The notes below the pieces were generated by a model, which saw nothing but the letters and a program-made list of their open reading frames with translations, was not told the DNA's origin and searched no databases. Below are positions 20,433 to 31,099 of a stretch of DNA of 61,370 nt, piece by piece. Origin of the DNA: Pseudanabaena sp. UWO311 (GTDB taxonomy: Bacteria; Bacteroidota; Bacteroidia; Flavobacteriales; Flavobacteriaceae). The stretch is from contig CALRVY020000001.1 of NCBI GenBank assembly GCA_943371725.1, forward strand, positions 1 to 61,370, given 5' to 3'. The position numbers were made by a program, and so were the translations under genes. The stretch's first letter is position 1. Every line of letters begins with the position of its first letter.

Positions 20433-20467
20433 GACTTTTTGTCTGAATAAACGACTTTTTGTCTGAA
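20433..20467. promoter_or_regulatory. Tandem operator-like repeat GACTTTTTGTCTGAA x2 between hsp20 and the DUF2721 gene
   Basis: Exact 15-bp direct repeat at a 20-bp period, each with a GAC-N5-GTC dyad. Confidence 0.55.
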
Positions 20468-20489
20468 ATCCATAAAAATACGTACGAAA

Positions 20490-20900
20490 ATGACTTTATC
20501 CATAGAAACGCCAGCTTTATTATTTTCCGCTACATCCTTGATTTTACTGGCGTATACCAACCGTTTTTTAACGATAGCAACCATAGTTCGATCGTTGAAG
20601 AAATCGTACGAAGAAGACGAGCGAAGCACTACTTTATTGGAAATTAAAAACCTAAACTTACGACTAACACTTATTCGCAACATGCAGTTGTTTGGCGTGT
20701 TGAGTTTGTTTCTTTCCGTATTTAGTATGCTTTTGCTGTTTTTAGATCAGCAAATCATTGGGATTTACTTATTCGGACTCAGTTTATTGGGACTACTGAT
20801 TTCTTTAGGCATCTCTTTTTGGGAAATCTCAATTTCGGTTGAAGCATTACGCCTACACTTATCGGATATCAAAAAGGCAAAAAACAAACGCGAATCGTAG
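20490..20900 (+). CDS. DUF2721 membrane protein
   Basis: TPALLF..SL.LLAYTNRFL motif and TM helices. Confidence 0.8.
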   Translation: MTLSIETPALLFSATSLILLAYTNRFLTIATIVRSLKKSYEEDERSTTLLEIKNLNLRLTLIRNMQLFGVLSLFLSVFSMLLLFLDQQIIGIYLFGLSLLGLLISLGISFWEISISVEALRLHLSDIKKAKNKRES

Positions 20901-20914
20901 TTTGGCGTATTCGA

Positions 20915-21601
20915 TTAGTATAAGTCTGCTAAGTTGCGCAGTTTTGAAACTTCTTTTAAAGTGATGTGTTTTCGATCTATTTTGATGTAACCTTCTTTTT
21001 GAAGATCTGCTAACAATCGGATACAGCTTTCGGTTGCCGTTCCCACCATATTACCAAGCTCTTCTCTGGTAAGCTGCACGCGTAAACTGCCATCGGATTG
21101 CACACCGAAATTATCGTTTAAGTAAATGAGTACTTCTGCAATTCGTTGCTTTACTGTTTTCTGCGCAAGCGAAACTTTATACTCGTCGGCTTCTTTTAAA
21201 TCACCACAAATATTCTTCATTATTTCCAGCGAAAAGGGATTGCTTTCGTTGAAAAAGCTAATAATTTCTGACTTAGGAATAAAACAAACCTCCATATCAT
21301 CAAGCGCAATTGCCGAGAGATTTGCAGGTTCATCGGTGATTAGCGAACGTTGACCGAGCAACTCGCCAGCCGAAGCAAATTTGAGTATTTGATCTTTGCC
21401 ATTGGCACCCAATTTCGACAACTTACAAATACCCGATTTTACACAAAACACACCATTTGTTTGCTGACCTTCCGCAAAAACAACCTCTCCTTTCTTCACA
21501 TTATACGAAGTTTTGCAATCGGCCATTCGTATTAAATGGTCTTTCGACAGCACGCGAATCGCACTAAACTGCCGCACGATACATTGCTCACATTTTGACA
21601 T
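20915..21601 (-). CDS. Crp/Fnr family transcriptional regulator
   Basis: N-terminal CEQC, cNMP-fold, HTH LTREELGNMVGTATES. Confidence 0.9.
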   Translation of the reverse strand: MSKCEQCIVRQFSAIRVLSKDHLIRMADCKTSYNVKKGEVVFAEGQQTNGVFCVKSGICKLSKLGANGKDQILKFASAGELLGQRSLITDEPANLSAIALDDMEVCFIPKSEIISFFNESNPFSLEIMKNICGDLKEADEYKVSLAQKTVKQRIAEVLIYLNDNFGVQSDGSLRVQLTREELGNMVGTATESCIRLLADLQKEGYIKIDRKHITLKEVSKLRNLADLY

Positions 21602-21632
21602 TAACAAATTTTTTGGAAAATTACATCAAACC

Positions 21633-21644
21633 TGACAATTATCA
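21633..21644. promoter_or_regulatory. Fnr-like box TGACAATTATCA
   Basis: Dyad between crp/fnr and ccoI; same motif upstream of ccoS and hemN. Confidence 0.7.
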
Positions 21645-21699
21645 TAACTTTTTGTTTGCGTGCCTCGGAACTTCGCAGCTGTAAAAATGCTGTTTATTT

Positions 21700-24069
21700 A
21701 TGTTGGAATCCTGTTTTCACTGCGGAACTACCACGGCAAAAGTTTCGGTTATCGCATTCGACGAAAAGAGTTTTTGCTGTTTAGGCTGCAAAACCATCTA
21801 TCAATTTTTTTCGGATAACGAACTAGCCGATTACTATCGTTTTGGAGACAATCCAGGTGCAAAACCCGCTGATATTTCATCCAAATACAACTTTCTTCAA
21901 GACGAAAGTATTGTTTCTACGCTACTTGAATTTCAGGACGAAGAAACGAACATAATCACGTTATACATTCCGCACATACATTGCAGTTCCTGCATTTGGA
22001 TATTGGAACACCTGCATAAAATTATTCCCGGTGTAGTAAGTTCAACCGTGAATTTTCCTAAAAAATCGGTGCGTATTATCTTTCAAAATCAGGTAAAACT
22101 ATACGACTTGGTAAGCACTTTAGCTACTATCGGCTACGAACCGCACATTCGTCTTGAAAACCTGAATACCTCAGAAAAACCCGTAGACCGTTCGTTGTTG
22201 TATCGAATTGGCGTAGCGTTTTTCTCATTTGGAAACATCATGCTGCTTTCGTTTCCAGAGTACTTCGAAGTAGGCGAATATTGGTTAGAGCATTACAAAA
22301 TGTTTTTTCGTTGGCTCATGCTTGCATTGTCGTTGCCAGCTTTTTTGTATGCTGCATTTCCATACTATAAATCCGCATTTCATTCGCTTCGAAACGGCCA
22401 ATTAAACATGGATGTTCCCATTGCGCTCGGTATTGTTGCCATGTTTATTCGCAGTATCGTTGATATGTATTTTGACCACGGCGCCGGATTTTTCGACAGT
22501 ATGTGCGGTTTGATTTTCTTTATGCTATTAGGGAAATTATTTCAGCAGAAAACCTATGAATTTCTATCGTTCGAACGGGATTATAAATCGTATTTCCCAA
22601 TTGCTGTTACTAGAATTAACGACGATAATACAGAATCTTCTGTTTCGGTTTACGATGCTAAACCAGGCGATTGTTTACTCATTCGCAACGAAGAACTAAT
22701 GCCGGTTGATGGTATCTTGATTTCTAACCAAGCCAAATTAGATTACAGTTTCGTTACAGGCGAGCAAAAACCCGTGTACAAAAAAGCAGGTGATAAACTA
22801 TTTGCTGGAGGTAAATTCTATGGACCCACGATACAAATCCGTGTTTTAAAGAGTATGTCTAACAGTTACTTAACGCAACTTTGGGCAAACGAAGCTTTTA
22901 ATAAATCGCATAAAGCAGCATACCGCGGAATCACAGATCGAGTGAGCAGATATTTTACACCTGTATTACTTTCCCTGGCCGTAGTTGCGTTTATCGCTTG
23001 GAGTTTTGTGAATATACAAACGGCTTTCCAAGTATTAACGGCAGTTCTTATTGTAGCTTGTCCGTGCGCTCTTGCGTTAACAGCGCCTTTTACCTTAGGA
23101 AATGTACTACGCATTTTAGGTTACCAAAAATTGTACTTGAAAAACGCATCGGTTATAGAACAAATGGCTGGCGTTACCACCTTGGTTTTCGATAAAACAG
23201 GAACGATCACTACAACTTCTGATGCGGCACTTACGTGGAATGGAAACTTTTCCGCCACCGAACTAGAACTAATTAAATCGGCGGTACATGCCTCGAATCA
23301 CCCTTTGAGTCGGATGATTTCCCAACAACTAAAGGATGTACAATCGCATCCAATTCAACAATTTGAAGAAATTGCGGGCAAAGGAATCTCTGCAAAAATT
23401 AATGAGACCGACATTCGTGTAGGTTCCGAATCTTGGATTACTGGCGAAAAAAGCGACCGAAGTGCAACGACCGAAGTGCATGTAGCAATAGATGGCCAAC
23501 ATAAGGGCTATGTTTCGTTTGCAACTTTATATCGCGAACAGCTTTCCGAACTGTTCGAAGAACTTTCTAAAACGTATAAAATCGTTATTCTATCTGGCGA
23601 TAATGCTTCAGAGCTTACCATTCTTGAAAAAATGCTGCCAAAAGACGTTTCGTATCACTTTAATCAAAAACCAGAGCAAAAACTGGCTTTCATTAAAAAC
23701 TTACAAGAAAATGGCGAGCGCGTTTTGATGATGGGCGACGGTTTGAACGATGCTGGTGCGCTTATGCAAAGTAATGTCGGATTAGCAATATCCGAAAACA
23801 TCAACGTTTTTTCGCCCGCTTGCGATGGAATTTTGGACGCTACGGTGTTTTCAAAAATGCACTATTTCTTGCGGTACAGCAAAAATGCCATGCGAATCAT
23901 TTATGCCTCTTTTGTCATTTCGATTCTCTATAACGCTGTAGGATTAAGCTTTGCACTTTCCGGAACATTATCTCCATTAATCGCTGCTATCATCATGCCA
24001 TTGAGCACAGTAACTATTGTAAGTTTTGTGACTGTGATGAGTAATGTTTTCGCAAAATTCAAAAAATAA
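21700..24069 (+). CDS. ccoI: Copper P1B-type ATPase CcoI/FixI
   Basis: CFHC/CCLGC, CSSC, CPC, DKTGT and GDGLND motifs; cco context. Confidence 0.9.
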   Translation: MLESCFHCGTTTAKVSVIAFDEKSFCCLGCKTIYQFFSDNELADYYRFGDNPGAKPADISSKYNFLQDESIVSTLLEFQDEETNIITLYIPHIHCSSCIWILEHLHKIIPGVVSSTVNFPKKSVRIIFQNQVKLYDLVSTLATIGYEPHIRLENLNTSEKPVDRSLLYRIGVAFFSFGNIMLLSFPEYFEVGEYWLEHYKMFFRWLMLALSLPAFLYAAFPYYKSAFHSLRNGQLNMDVPIALGIVAMFIRSIVDMYFDHGAGFFDSMCGLIFFMLLGKLFQQKTYEFLSFERDYKSYFPIAVTRINDDNTESSVSVYDAKPGDCLLIRNEELMPVDGILISNQAKLDYSFVTGEQKPVYKKAGDKLFAGGKFYGPTIQIRVLKSMSNSYLTQLWANEAFNKSHKAAYRGITDRVSRYFTPVLLSLAVVAFIAWSFVNIQTAFQVLTAVLIVACPCALALTAPFTLGNVLRILGYQKLYLKNASVIEQMAGVTTLVFDKTGTITTTSDAALTWNGNFSATELELIKSAVHASNHPLSRMISQQLKDVQSHPIQQFEEIAGKGISAKINETDIRVGSESWITGEKSDRSATTEVHVAIDGQHKGYVSFATLYREQLSELFEELSKTYKIVILSGDNASELTILEKMLPKDVSYHFNQKPEQKLAFIKNLQENGERVLMMGDGLNDAGALMQSNVGLAISENINVFSPACDGILDATVFSKMHYFLRYSKNAMRIIYASFVISILYNAVGLSFALSGTLSPLIAAIIMPLSTVTIVSFVTVMSNVFAKFKK

Positions 24070-24076
24070 TCAAACC

Positions 24077-24088
24077 TGATATTTATCA
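24077..24088. promoter_or_regulatory. Fnr-like box TGATATTTATCA
   Basis: Dyad upstream of the TACTTTTG -7 box and ccoS. Confidence 0.7.
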
Positions 24089-24137
24089 TAATTTCTTTTT
24101 GTAGGCTGCTATACTTTTGTTAATATAATCTTAAGAT

Positions 24138-24341
24138 ATGAGTGTTATTTACTTGCTAATCAGCATCAGCTTAATAATCGCCTTGCTATTCTTATATGCG
24201 TTTTTTAAAGCTGTGAAAAACGGACAATTCGACGATGATTACACACCATCAGTGCGTATTTTATTTGATGAAACGATTCAAAAACCTACAGAACCCGAAT
24301 CCGAAACGACTTTAAAAACCTCAGAAAACAAAAAATCATAA
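24138..24341 (+). CDS. ccoS: cbb3 oxidase assembly protein CcoS
   Basis: TM helix followed by GQFDD...RIL. Confidence 0.9.
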   Translation: MSVIYLLISISLIIALLFLYAFFKAVKNGQFDDDYTPSVRILFDETIQKPTEPESETTLKTSENKKS

Positions 24342-24344
24342 GCC

Positions 24345-26522
24345 ATGGAACTCGAAAAATTTTATTACGACAATAAAATCGTTAGAAACTTTATCTACGC
24401 AGCCATTGTATTTGGATTAGTAGGCATGTTAGTTGGCTTGTTGCTGGCTTTCTTATTCCTATTCCCAAATTTAACCGACGGCATTTCGTTTTTAAGTTTT
24501 GGTCGACTTAGACCGCTACACACCAACGCCGTTATTTTTGCTTTTGTTGGAAATGCCATGTTTGCCGGAATTTACTATTCCATACAGCGCTTGCTTCAAA
24601 CCCGAATGTATAGCGATTTATTGGGCAAAATTCACTTTTGGGGCTGGCAATTAATCATTGTGGCGGCGGCAGTTACGCTTCCTTTGGGAATTACAAGTAG
24701 TAAAGAATATGCCGAATTAGAATGGCCTATCGACATTGCAATCACTTTAGTTTGGGTTGTTTTCGCTATCAACATGATTGGTACCATTCTTATACGCCGC
24801 CAACGACATTTATACGTAGCCATTTGGTTTTACATCGCAACGGTTGTTACTGTAGCCGTTCTACACATCTTTAACAGTTTGGCCCTACCCGTTTCGCTAT
24901 TTAAAAGCTACTCCGTTTATGCAGGCGTTCAAGATGCTTTAGTACAGTGGTGGTACGGACATAACGCGGTGGCTTTCTTTTTAACCACACCGTTTTTAGG
25001 ATTGATGTATTATTTTGTTCCGAAAGCTGCCGACCGTCCGGTGTATTCGTATCGCTTATCTATCATTCACTTTTGGTCGTTAATCTTTATTTACATTTGG
25101 GCGGGTCCGCACCACTTACTTTACTCATCTTTACCCGATTGGGCTCAGAATTTAGGAGTTGTTTTCTCGGTTATGCTCATTGCACCATCATGGGGTGGTA
25201 TGATCAACGGATTACTAACACTTCGTGGCGTTTGGGACAAAGTGCGAACCGATGTGGTTTTAAAATTCTTTGTCGTTGCGATTACCGGTTACGGGATGGC
25301 AACATTCGAAGGTCCTATGCTTTCGCTGAAAAACATCAACGCCATTGCACATTTTAGCGATTGGATTATCGCACACGTACACGTTGGCGCATTGGCATGG
25401 AACGGATTTTTGATTTTCGGTATGACGTACTATTTACTACCGAAGTTGTTTAAAACCGAATTGTATTCCACAAAACTCGCTAACATCCACTTTTGGATAG
25501 GTACTTTAGGAATTGTTTTATATGCAATTCCGATGTACGTGGCCGGATTCGTTCAAGCATCAATGTGGAAAGAATTTAAAGCCGACGGAACGCTGCAATA
25601 CGGAAACTTTCTCGAAACCGTTACACAAATTATTCCGATGTACTGGATGCGTGCTATTGGCGGAACGCTTTATCTAATTGGTATTGTACTCCTAGTTTAT
25701 AACGTAGTAGCAACCGTTCGCAGAAGCTCGGGAGTTGTAGACGATGCTGCCGAAGCAGCTGCCTTAGAAAAACTAAGTACCAAAAGATACAACCAAGAAA
25801 AATGGCACAGCTGGCTCGAGCGACGCCCTATTCAGCTTACATTACTAGCAACCGTTGCTATTTTAATTGGTGGGGTCATTCAAATTATACCTACACTTTT
25901 AATCGACTCCAACATTCCTACCATTACAAGTGTTAAGCCTTACTCTCCTTTAGAATTAGAGGGTCGCGACATTTACATTCGCGAAGGCTGCGTATCGTGT
26001 CACTCGCAAATGATTCGTCCGTTCCGATCTGAAGTAGTTCGTTACGGAACCTATTCTAAATCGGGCGAATACGTGTACGACCATCCGTTTTTATGGGGTT
26101 CCAAACGAACCGGACCCGATTTAATGCGCATTGGTGGAAAATACAACGATAACTGGCACTTCAATCATTTGTACAATCCGCAAAGCACCTCACCTGGTTC
26201 AATAATGCCCGCATATCAGTGGCTATTCAAAAATAAGAAAGCCGATTACTCAAATATTGAAGCCAAAATGTTCGCTATGCAAACCTTAGGTGTTCCGTAC
26301 AGTTCAACAGATATAGCGCAAGCCAATCAAAGTATCAAAACACAATCGATGAAAATCGAAAACAATCTGTATAACGATCCTGACTTTGTTAAAGCGTACG
26401 AAACAAGTAAAAAACGTGCTTTAGCAAACAAAGAAGAGTTTGTGGACATGCGCGACCGCGAAATCGTTGCCCTAATTGCCTATCTACAAAGACTCGGAAC
26501 AGATATAAAAATTAAAAAGTAA
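24345..26522 (+). CDS. ccoN: Fused cbb3 oxidase subunit I/II
   Basis: RLRPLHTN, WWYGHN and WAGPHH motifs, then CcoO heme CVSCH and GSKRTGPDL. Confidence 0.95.
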   Translation: MELEKFYYDNKIVRNFIYAAIVFGLVGMLVGLLLAFLFLFPNLTDGISFLSFGRLRPLHTNAVIFAFVGNAMFAGIYYSIQRLLQTRMYSDLLGKIHFWGWQLIIVAAAVTLPLGITSSKEYAELEWPIDIAITLVWVVFAINMIGTILIRRQRHLYVAIWFYIATVVTVAVLHIFNSLALPVSLFKSYSVYAGVQDALVQWWYGHNAVAFFLTTPFLGLMYYFVPKAADRPVYSYRLSIIHFWSLIFIYIWAGPHHLLYSSLPDWAQNLGVVFSVMLIAPSWGGMINGLLTLRGVWDKVRTDVVLKFFVVAITGYGMATFEGPMLSLKNINAIAHFSDWIIAHVHVGALAWNGFLIFGMTYYLLPKLFKTELYSTKLANIHFWIGTLGIVLYAIPMYVAGFVQASMWKEFKADGTLQYGNFLETVTQIIPMYWMRAIGGTLYLIGIVLLVYNVVATVRRSSGVVDDAAEAAALEKLSTKRYNQEKWHSWLERRPIQLTLLATVAILIGGVIQIIPTLLIDSNIPTITSVKPYSPLELEGRDIYIREGCVSCHSQMIRPFRSEVVRYGTYSKSGEYVYDHPFLWGSKRTGPDLMRIGGKYNDNWHFNHLYNPQSTSPGSIMPAYQWLFKNKKADYSNIEAKMFAMQTLGVPYSSTDIAQANQSIKTQSMKIENNLYNDPDFVKAYETSKKRALANKEEFVDMRDREIVALIAYLQRLGTDIKIKK

Positions 26523-26526
26523 CACC

Positions 26527-26694
26527 ATGCTCAAGTTTGTAAAACAAAATATGGAAAACATTGATGGTATTGAAATCTATCCCATCATATCATTATTGCT
26601 ATTCTTCGGCTTTTTTGTCGGACTGTTTTTCTGGGTGTACACCTACTCGAAAGATTCTTTGAAAAATCTAGAATCGCTTCCATTACACGAATAA
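26527..26694 (+). CDS. ccoQ: cbb3 oxidase subunit CcoQ (55 aa, missing from the ORF track)
   Basis: MLKFVKQNMENIDGIEIYPIISLLLFFGFFVGLFFWV...LPLHE* between ccoNO and ccoP. Confidence 0.85.
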   Translation: MLKFVKQNMENIDGIEIYPIISLLLFFGFFVGLFFWVYTYSKDSLKNLESLPLHE

Positions 26695-26709
26695 CAAAAT
26701 CTTTTCAAA

Positions 26710-27630
26710 ATGAATAAATCAATCATACCCATTTTAAGAATCAGCTTCTTTTGTGGATTAGCCGTTGGCGGCACCGAATACATGCTCGATACAGGAAGTA
26801 TGCCTGCCTTTATTAAATTCCCGATGGTAACGCTGTCGCTGCTCGTTTTCTTCGTTATCTTATTGTGTATTGAAATGCTTTTCAAGTCATTAAATACAAT
26901 AAAATACCTGATGTTACCTCCAGAAGAACAAGCTAAAGTCGATGCACTCGAAGCGCTTCCGTTAACCGAACAACCTTACTACAAAAAAGTAATGCGTTGG
27001 TTAACTAAATCAAAACCAATTGCAAACGAAGGCGAGTTACTGCTCGATCATAATTACGACGGTATCAAAGAACTCGACAACGAACTTCCTCCGTGGTGGG
27101 TGTATTCATTTTATATCACAATCGTTTTCGGACTTATCTATCTAGTTCGTTTTCATGTAGTTGGCGATTATACCCAAACCCAGGAATTCAACACCGAAAT
27201 GGCGATCGCACAAAAAGAAGTTGAAGAATACTTGAAAACCGCTCCCGATTTAATGGACAAAGAAAAAGTTACCTTACTCACCGAAGCGAAAGATTTAGCC
27301 GAAGGAAAAGCCCTTTTTCAAACCAATTGTGTTGCTTGCCATCGTGCCGACGGTGGTGGACAAATCGGACCGAATTTAACCGACAAAAATTGGATTCTCG
27401 GTGGCGGAATCAAAAACGTTTTCAATACCATTATGGAAGGTGGTCGCGACGGAAAAGGAATGGTGGCCTGGAAAGCCGTCATAAAACCTACTGAAGTACA
27501 GAAAGTGGCTAGCTACGTTTTGTCTTTACAAGGCACAAATCCAAAAGACGCCAAAGCAGCCGAACCTGAAGCGAAAGTATATGAAGAAGCAGGAGCAGCC
27601 GATGCAAAAGTTGCTGCTTTAAATCCGTAA
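26710..27630 (+). CDS. ccoP: cbb3 oxidase subunit III
   Basis: HNYDGIKELDNELPPWW and CVACH heme motif. Confidence 0.92.
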   Translation: MNKSIIPILRISFFCGLAVGGTEYMLDTGSMPAFIKFPMVTLSLLVFFVILLCIEMLFKSLNTIKYLMLPPEEQAKVDALEALPLTEQPYYKKVMRWLTKSKPIANEGELLLDHNYDGIKELDNELPPWWVYSFYITIVFGLIYLVRFHVVGDYTQTQEFNTEMAIAQKEVEEYLKTAPDLMDKEKVTLLTEAKDLAEGKALFQTNCVACHRADGGGQIGPNLTDKNWILGGGIKNVFNTIMEGGRDGKGMVAWKAVIKPTEVQKVASYVLSLQGTNPKDAKAAEPEAKVYEEAGAADAKVAALNP

Positions 27631-27641
27631 ATCAAAAAAAC

Positions 27642-29063
27642 GTGGAAACACATCACAAAGACGAAAGCTTTAGAGACGCCATTTCAACCGTAAATGAAGC
27701 GGGAAAACGCGCCTGGATTTACCCCAAAATTCCAAAAGGAAAATGGTACAACCGACGCAAATACCTCAGCTACTTTCTGTTGCTCTTTCTCTTTAGCGCG
27801 CCTTTTATTCACATCAACGGACAGCAGTTTCTGATGTTCAATGTCTTAGAAAGAAGGTTCTCTATTTTTGGATTCCCGTTTTGGCCACAAGACTTCCACA
27901 TTTTCGTTTTGGTAATGATTATTGGCGTAGTTGGATTAGCGCTATTTACCGTGGCTTTCGGCCGTATTTTCTGCGGCTGGTTTTGTCCGCAAACCATTTT
28001 CATGGAAATGCTGTTCCGACGCATCGAATTTTGGATCGACGGCGACCGAACCGCACAAATGCACCTAGATAAAATGCCGTGGACAGCCGAAAAAATCCGA
28101 AAACGCACTCTGAAATGGTTGCTCTTTGCCCTGATTTCATTCTGGATTGCCAACGTATTTCTCGCTTACCTCATCGGAAGTAACGAATTGTACAAATTAG
28201 TAGAAACCGGACCGGCAAACAACCTCGGAACCTTTATTTCACTGCTCATTTTTACCGCAGTTTTCTATTTCATTTACTCCTGGTTTCGCGAACAAGTGTG
28301 CCTCATTGTTTGCCCGTACGGCAGAATGCAAGGCGTATTAGTCGACGATAAAACCATTAACGTTATGTACGATCACAAACGCGGTGAAAAAGAAATCGGT
28401 CGTTCAAAATGGATTAAAAAAGAAGATCGCGCAGCAACAGGAAAAGGCGATTGCATCGATTGCAAACAATGCATTTTCGTTTGCCCAACCGGAATCGACA
28501 TCCGAAACGGCGTGCAACTCGAATGTACCAATTGCACCGCTTGTATCGACGAATGCGACACCCTAATGAAACAAGTGGGCTTACCAACCGGATTAATTCG
28601 CTACGCTAGCGAAGACGAAATAGCGAACAAAAAACCGTTCGTTTTCACCCTTCGTATGAAAGGATATGCGGCCGTTCTAGCCATACTACTCGTTATTTTA
28701 GGATTTACACTCAGTATGCGAAACGACGTCGAAGCAACCGTACTTCGATTACCCGGACAACTCTTTCAACACGACGGCACGAACATTCAAAACATCTTTA
28801 CCTACAAAATTGTAAATAAAACCACACGCGATTTTTCAAAAGCCGAAATCCGCACCAACTTTCCACATGCCGTAATCAAACGCGTCGGTGGAAACAATTT
28901 TAAAGTAAACAGCGAAACGCTCACTAAAGGAACGTTCTTCATCAGCATTCCGACAAACGAACTTAAAGGCGAAAAAACACACGTAGATATTGAAATTTGG
29001 GCCAACGGCAAAAAAATTGAAGAAGCTAGCACCGAATTTCTGGGCCCGCGAGAATACTTTTAA
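27642..29063 (+). CDS. ccoG: cbb3 accessory ferredoxin-like protein
   Basis: CGWFCPQT, CPYGR, CIDCKQC..VCP and CTNCTAC motifs. Confidence 0.92.
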   Translation: METHHKDESFRDAISTVNEAGKRAWIYPKIPKGKWYNRRKYLSYFLLLFLFSAPFIHINGQQFLMFNVLERRFSIFGFPFWPQDFHIFVLVMIIGVVGLALFTVAFGRIFCGWFCPQTIFMEMLFRRIEFWIDGDRTAQMHLDKMPWTAEKIRKRTLKWLLFALISFWIANVFLAYLIGSNELYKLVETGPANNLGTFISLLIFTAVFYFIYSWFREQVCLIVCPYGRMQGVLVDDKTINVMYDHKRGEKEIGRSKWIKKEDRAATGKGDCIDCKQCIFVCPTGIDIRNGVQLECTNCTACIDECDTLMKQVGLPTGLIRYASEDEIANKKPFVFTLRMKGYAAVLAILLVILGFTLSMRNDVEATVLRLPGQLFQHDGTNIQNIFTYKIVNKTTRDFSKAEIRTNFPHAVIKRVGGNNFKVNSETLTKGTFFISIPTNELKGEKTHVDIEIWANGKKIEEASTEFLGPREYF

Positions 29064-29074
29064 AAATTAAACTT

Positions 29075-29518
29075 ATGAAAACAAATGCATCCCGTTACGT
29101 ACTACTAGCATTTGCCTGCTTCATTGCATTCATTTTATACTTTGTTGTTAAAGTGCAAATCGACAGCAAATACGATCACGAGTTGATGTTGGAAGATTAC
29201 TACCGACAAGAAAAGAAAATCAACAAACAATTCGAGGAAGAATCGGCGGTTTCAGCTGCCGAAGAACCGATTTTCCGGCAAACAAACGTTTCCTTAGAAA
29301 TCGATTTTCAAGCAAAATCCGAAAACATCACCGGAACAGCATCGTTTTTAAGACCGTCGAGCCAAAAAGCCGATTTCACCATTCCGATACAACTAAAAGC
29401 AGGCGAATCTTTGGTTATTCCGCGCGGAAAACTACAAGCTGGCTTGTGGTACATAACGCTCGAATGGCAACAAAACGGCAAGCAACTGCGCATTAAAAAA
29501 GAACTTTACCTCAACTAA
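29075..29518 (+). CDS. ccoH: FixH/CcoH family protein
   Basis: N-terminal TM, EDYY and RPS...DF motifs; context. Confidence 0.8.
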   Translation: MKTNASRYVLLAFACFIAFILYFVVKVQIDSKYDHELMLEDYYRQEKKINKQFEEESAVSAAEEPIFRQTNVSLEIDFQAKSENITGTASFLRPSSQKADFTIPIQLKAGESLVIPRGKLQAGLWYITLEWQQNGKQLRIKKELYLN

Positions 29519-29519
29519 A

Positions 29520-30218
29520 ATGCTAGCAACCGCTTTTATACTCGGACTCATTTCGTCGTTGCATTGCGTGGGTATGTGCGGCCCCTTAAGTTGGTTCGCC
29601 GTTGGGCAACCCGTTTCCGAACGCGAACGTATTTCTCGTTTAACCACCTATTTAGTTGGCAAAACAATTACATACGTTTTCATGGGTTTACTTTTTGGCT
29701 TAATTGGCAAGAGTATTGGCGTCGGAAAATGGCAGCAGCAAATGGCCGTTTCGGTAGGCATTTTAATGTTGCTTTACGTGCTGCTTAGCGAAAAACGATT
29801 TGTAGCACTTTTCGGAGCTGCACGAAGCATGAAAGGTTTTCAGCAAGTACGAGCGCGTGTATTGCCCTATTTATCGAAACACCCGTTTATTAAAGCATTT
29901 TCCATCGGACTCTTAAACGGATTTTTACCGTGTGGCATGATTTACATGGCGTTATTTGGCGCTTTAGCCACCGGAAACATAGCCGATAGCATAACATACA
30001 TGCTCTTATTTGGTTTAGGAACCATGCCGTTAATGAGCGCCACAACATTATTACTTTCTTCCGCTAGTTTATTAATGCGCCGCGCCAATGCGTTAATACC
30101 CATTTTCATTGCAATTTTAGGAGTTTGGTTTATCTTAAAAGGCCTCGGATTTGGCATTCCGTACCTCTCACCTAGCAATCTCGAGTTAGTAGTGATGCAA
30201 CAACCCAACTGTCGCTAA
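29520..30218 (+). CDS. DsbD_2/TauE-SafE-like membrane protein of the cco locus
   Basis: HCVGMCGP, GFLPCG and FGLGT motifs. Confidence 0.85.
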   Translation: MLATAFILGLISSLHCVGMCGPLSWFAVGQPVSERERISRLTTYLVGKTITYVFMGLLFGLIGKSIGVGKWQQQMAVSVGILMLLYVLLSEKRFVALFGAARSMKGFQQVRARVLPYLSKHPFIKAFSIGLLNGFLPCGMIYMALFGALATGNIADSITYMLLFGLGTMPLMSATTLLLSSASLLMRRANALIPIFIAILGVWFILKGLGFGIPYLSPSNLELVVMQQPNCR

Positions 30219-30269
30219 CAGAAACACAAAAACGTTTTTTCGCCCTTTCTATTTTTTAATTTTTATGCG

Positions 30270-30407
30270 GCTATTCCCGCTTTTCGTTGCAATACCGCTT
30301 TTGCGCCGGCGGTTTGGGCAGTTTTTTGCGGGGCTTCCGCTGGTCGCCGCGCTAAAAACGCCCGCACACGCCATCGCTTCAGCGTTATTTCCACTGCAAT
30401 CGGGGCC
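30270..30407 (+). ncRNA. Flavo-1-like structured element
   Basis: CTATTCCCGCTTTTCGTTGCAA...GGCTTCCGCTGGTCGCC...TTTCCACTGCAATCGGGGC. Confidence 0.65.
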
Positions 30408-30536
30408 GGGCAATCGTTACCGAATGAATCGTTCTATAAACTAATGCCAGAAATAAAACAACGCCCATGTTGAATTGCTTTTCAATAAAAATGACTCGTA
30501 TCTTTACGCCAAACCCAACCCTAAACCGTACTTCCC

Positions 30537-30995
30537 ATGTCATTCAACACACTTCAAGTTCGAAACAGCGAAAACCTCAGTGCAAAAGCAAAGAAAACGG
30601 TAGCTGTTTTCGAGAAATTACTGAGCGAATTACAGGCTCGCACGGTACCCGAGCACATTGAAAATGCCGTAAACCAAAGTATCGAACGCATCAACAGCGC
30701 GGTATTGCCCGAAAATCAATTGATAAAATTGATTAGCAAAAATCATGTTCAAATACTTCATCAAGTTCAAAATGAACTTAAATGGGTGCCAAAAAATCAC
30801 TATCGAAATGTGTACGCGCTTCTCGGAATGAGTGGTATTGGCGTTCCAATTGGTGTTGCTTTTGGAATGGCAGTAAACAATTTAGGTTTGCTTGGTTTGG
30901 GATTTCCCATCGGTATGGCAATCGGTTTCGCTATCGGAACTGCAAAAGACAAAAAAGCCGCCGCCGAAAACCGACAACTGGATTTGGATGTTTAG
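30537..30995 (+). CDS. Hypothetical membrane protein with Gly-zipper C-terminus
   Basis: 152-aa ORF with GxxxG-rich TM hairpin. Confidence 0.7.
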   Translation: MSFNTLQVRNSENLSAKAKKTVAVFEKLLSELQARTVPEHIENAVNQSIERINSAVLPENQLIKLISKNHVQILHQVQNELKWVPKNHYRNVYALLGMSGIGVPIGVAFGMAVNNLGLLGLGFPIGMAIGFAIGTAKDKKAAAENRQLDLDV

Positions 30996-31099
30996 GCGCT
31001 AACGTAAACACGAATGCTCCAATAAACCGTAAAAGAGTACGTCTCTCCTATCTGTGCTAACTTTAATTTTCGGTGTTTATTTCACGACACGTTTTTGCA

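Noticed and set aside
24345-26522. ccoN-ccoO fusion as a novelty
   Set aside because: The fusion is the usual arrangement in Bacteroidota.
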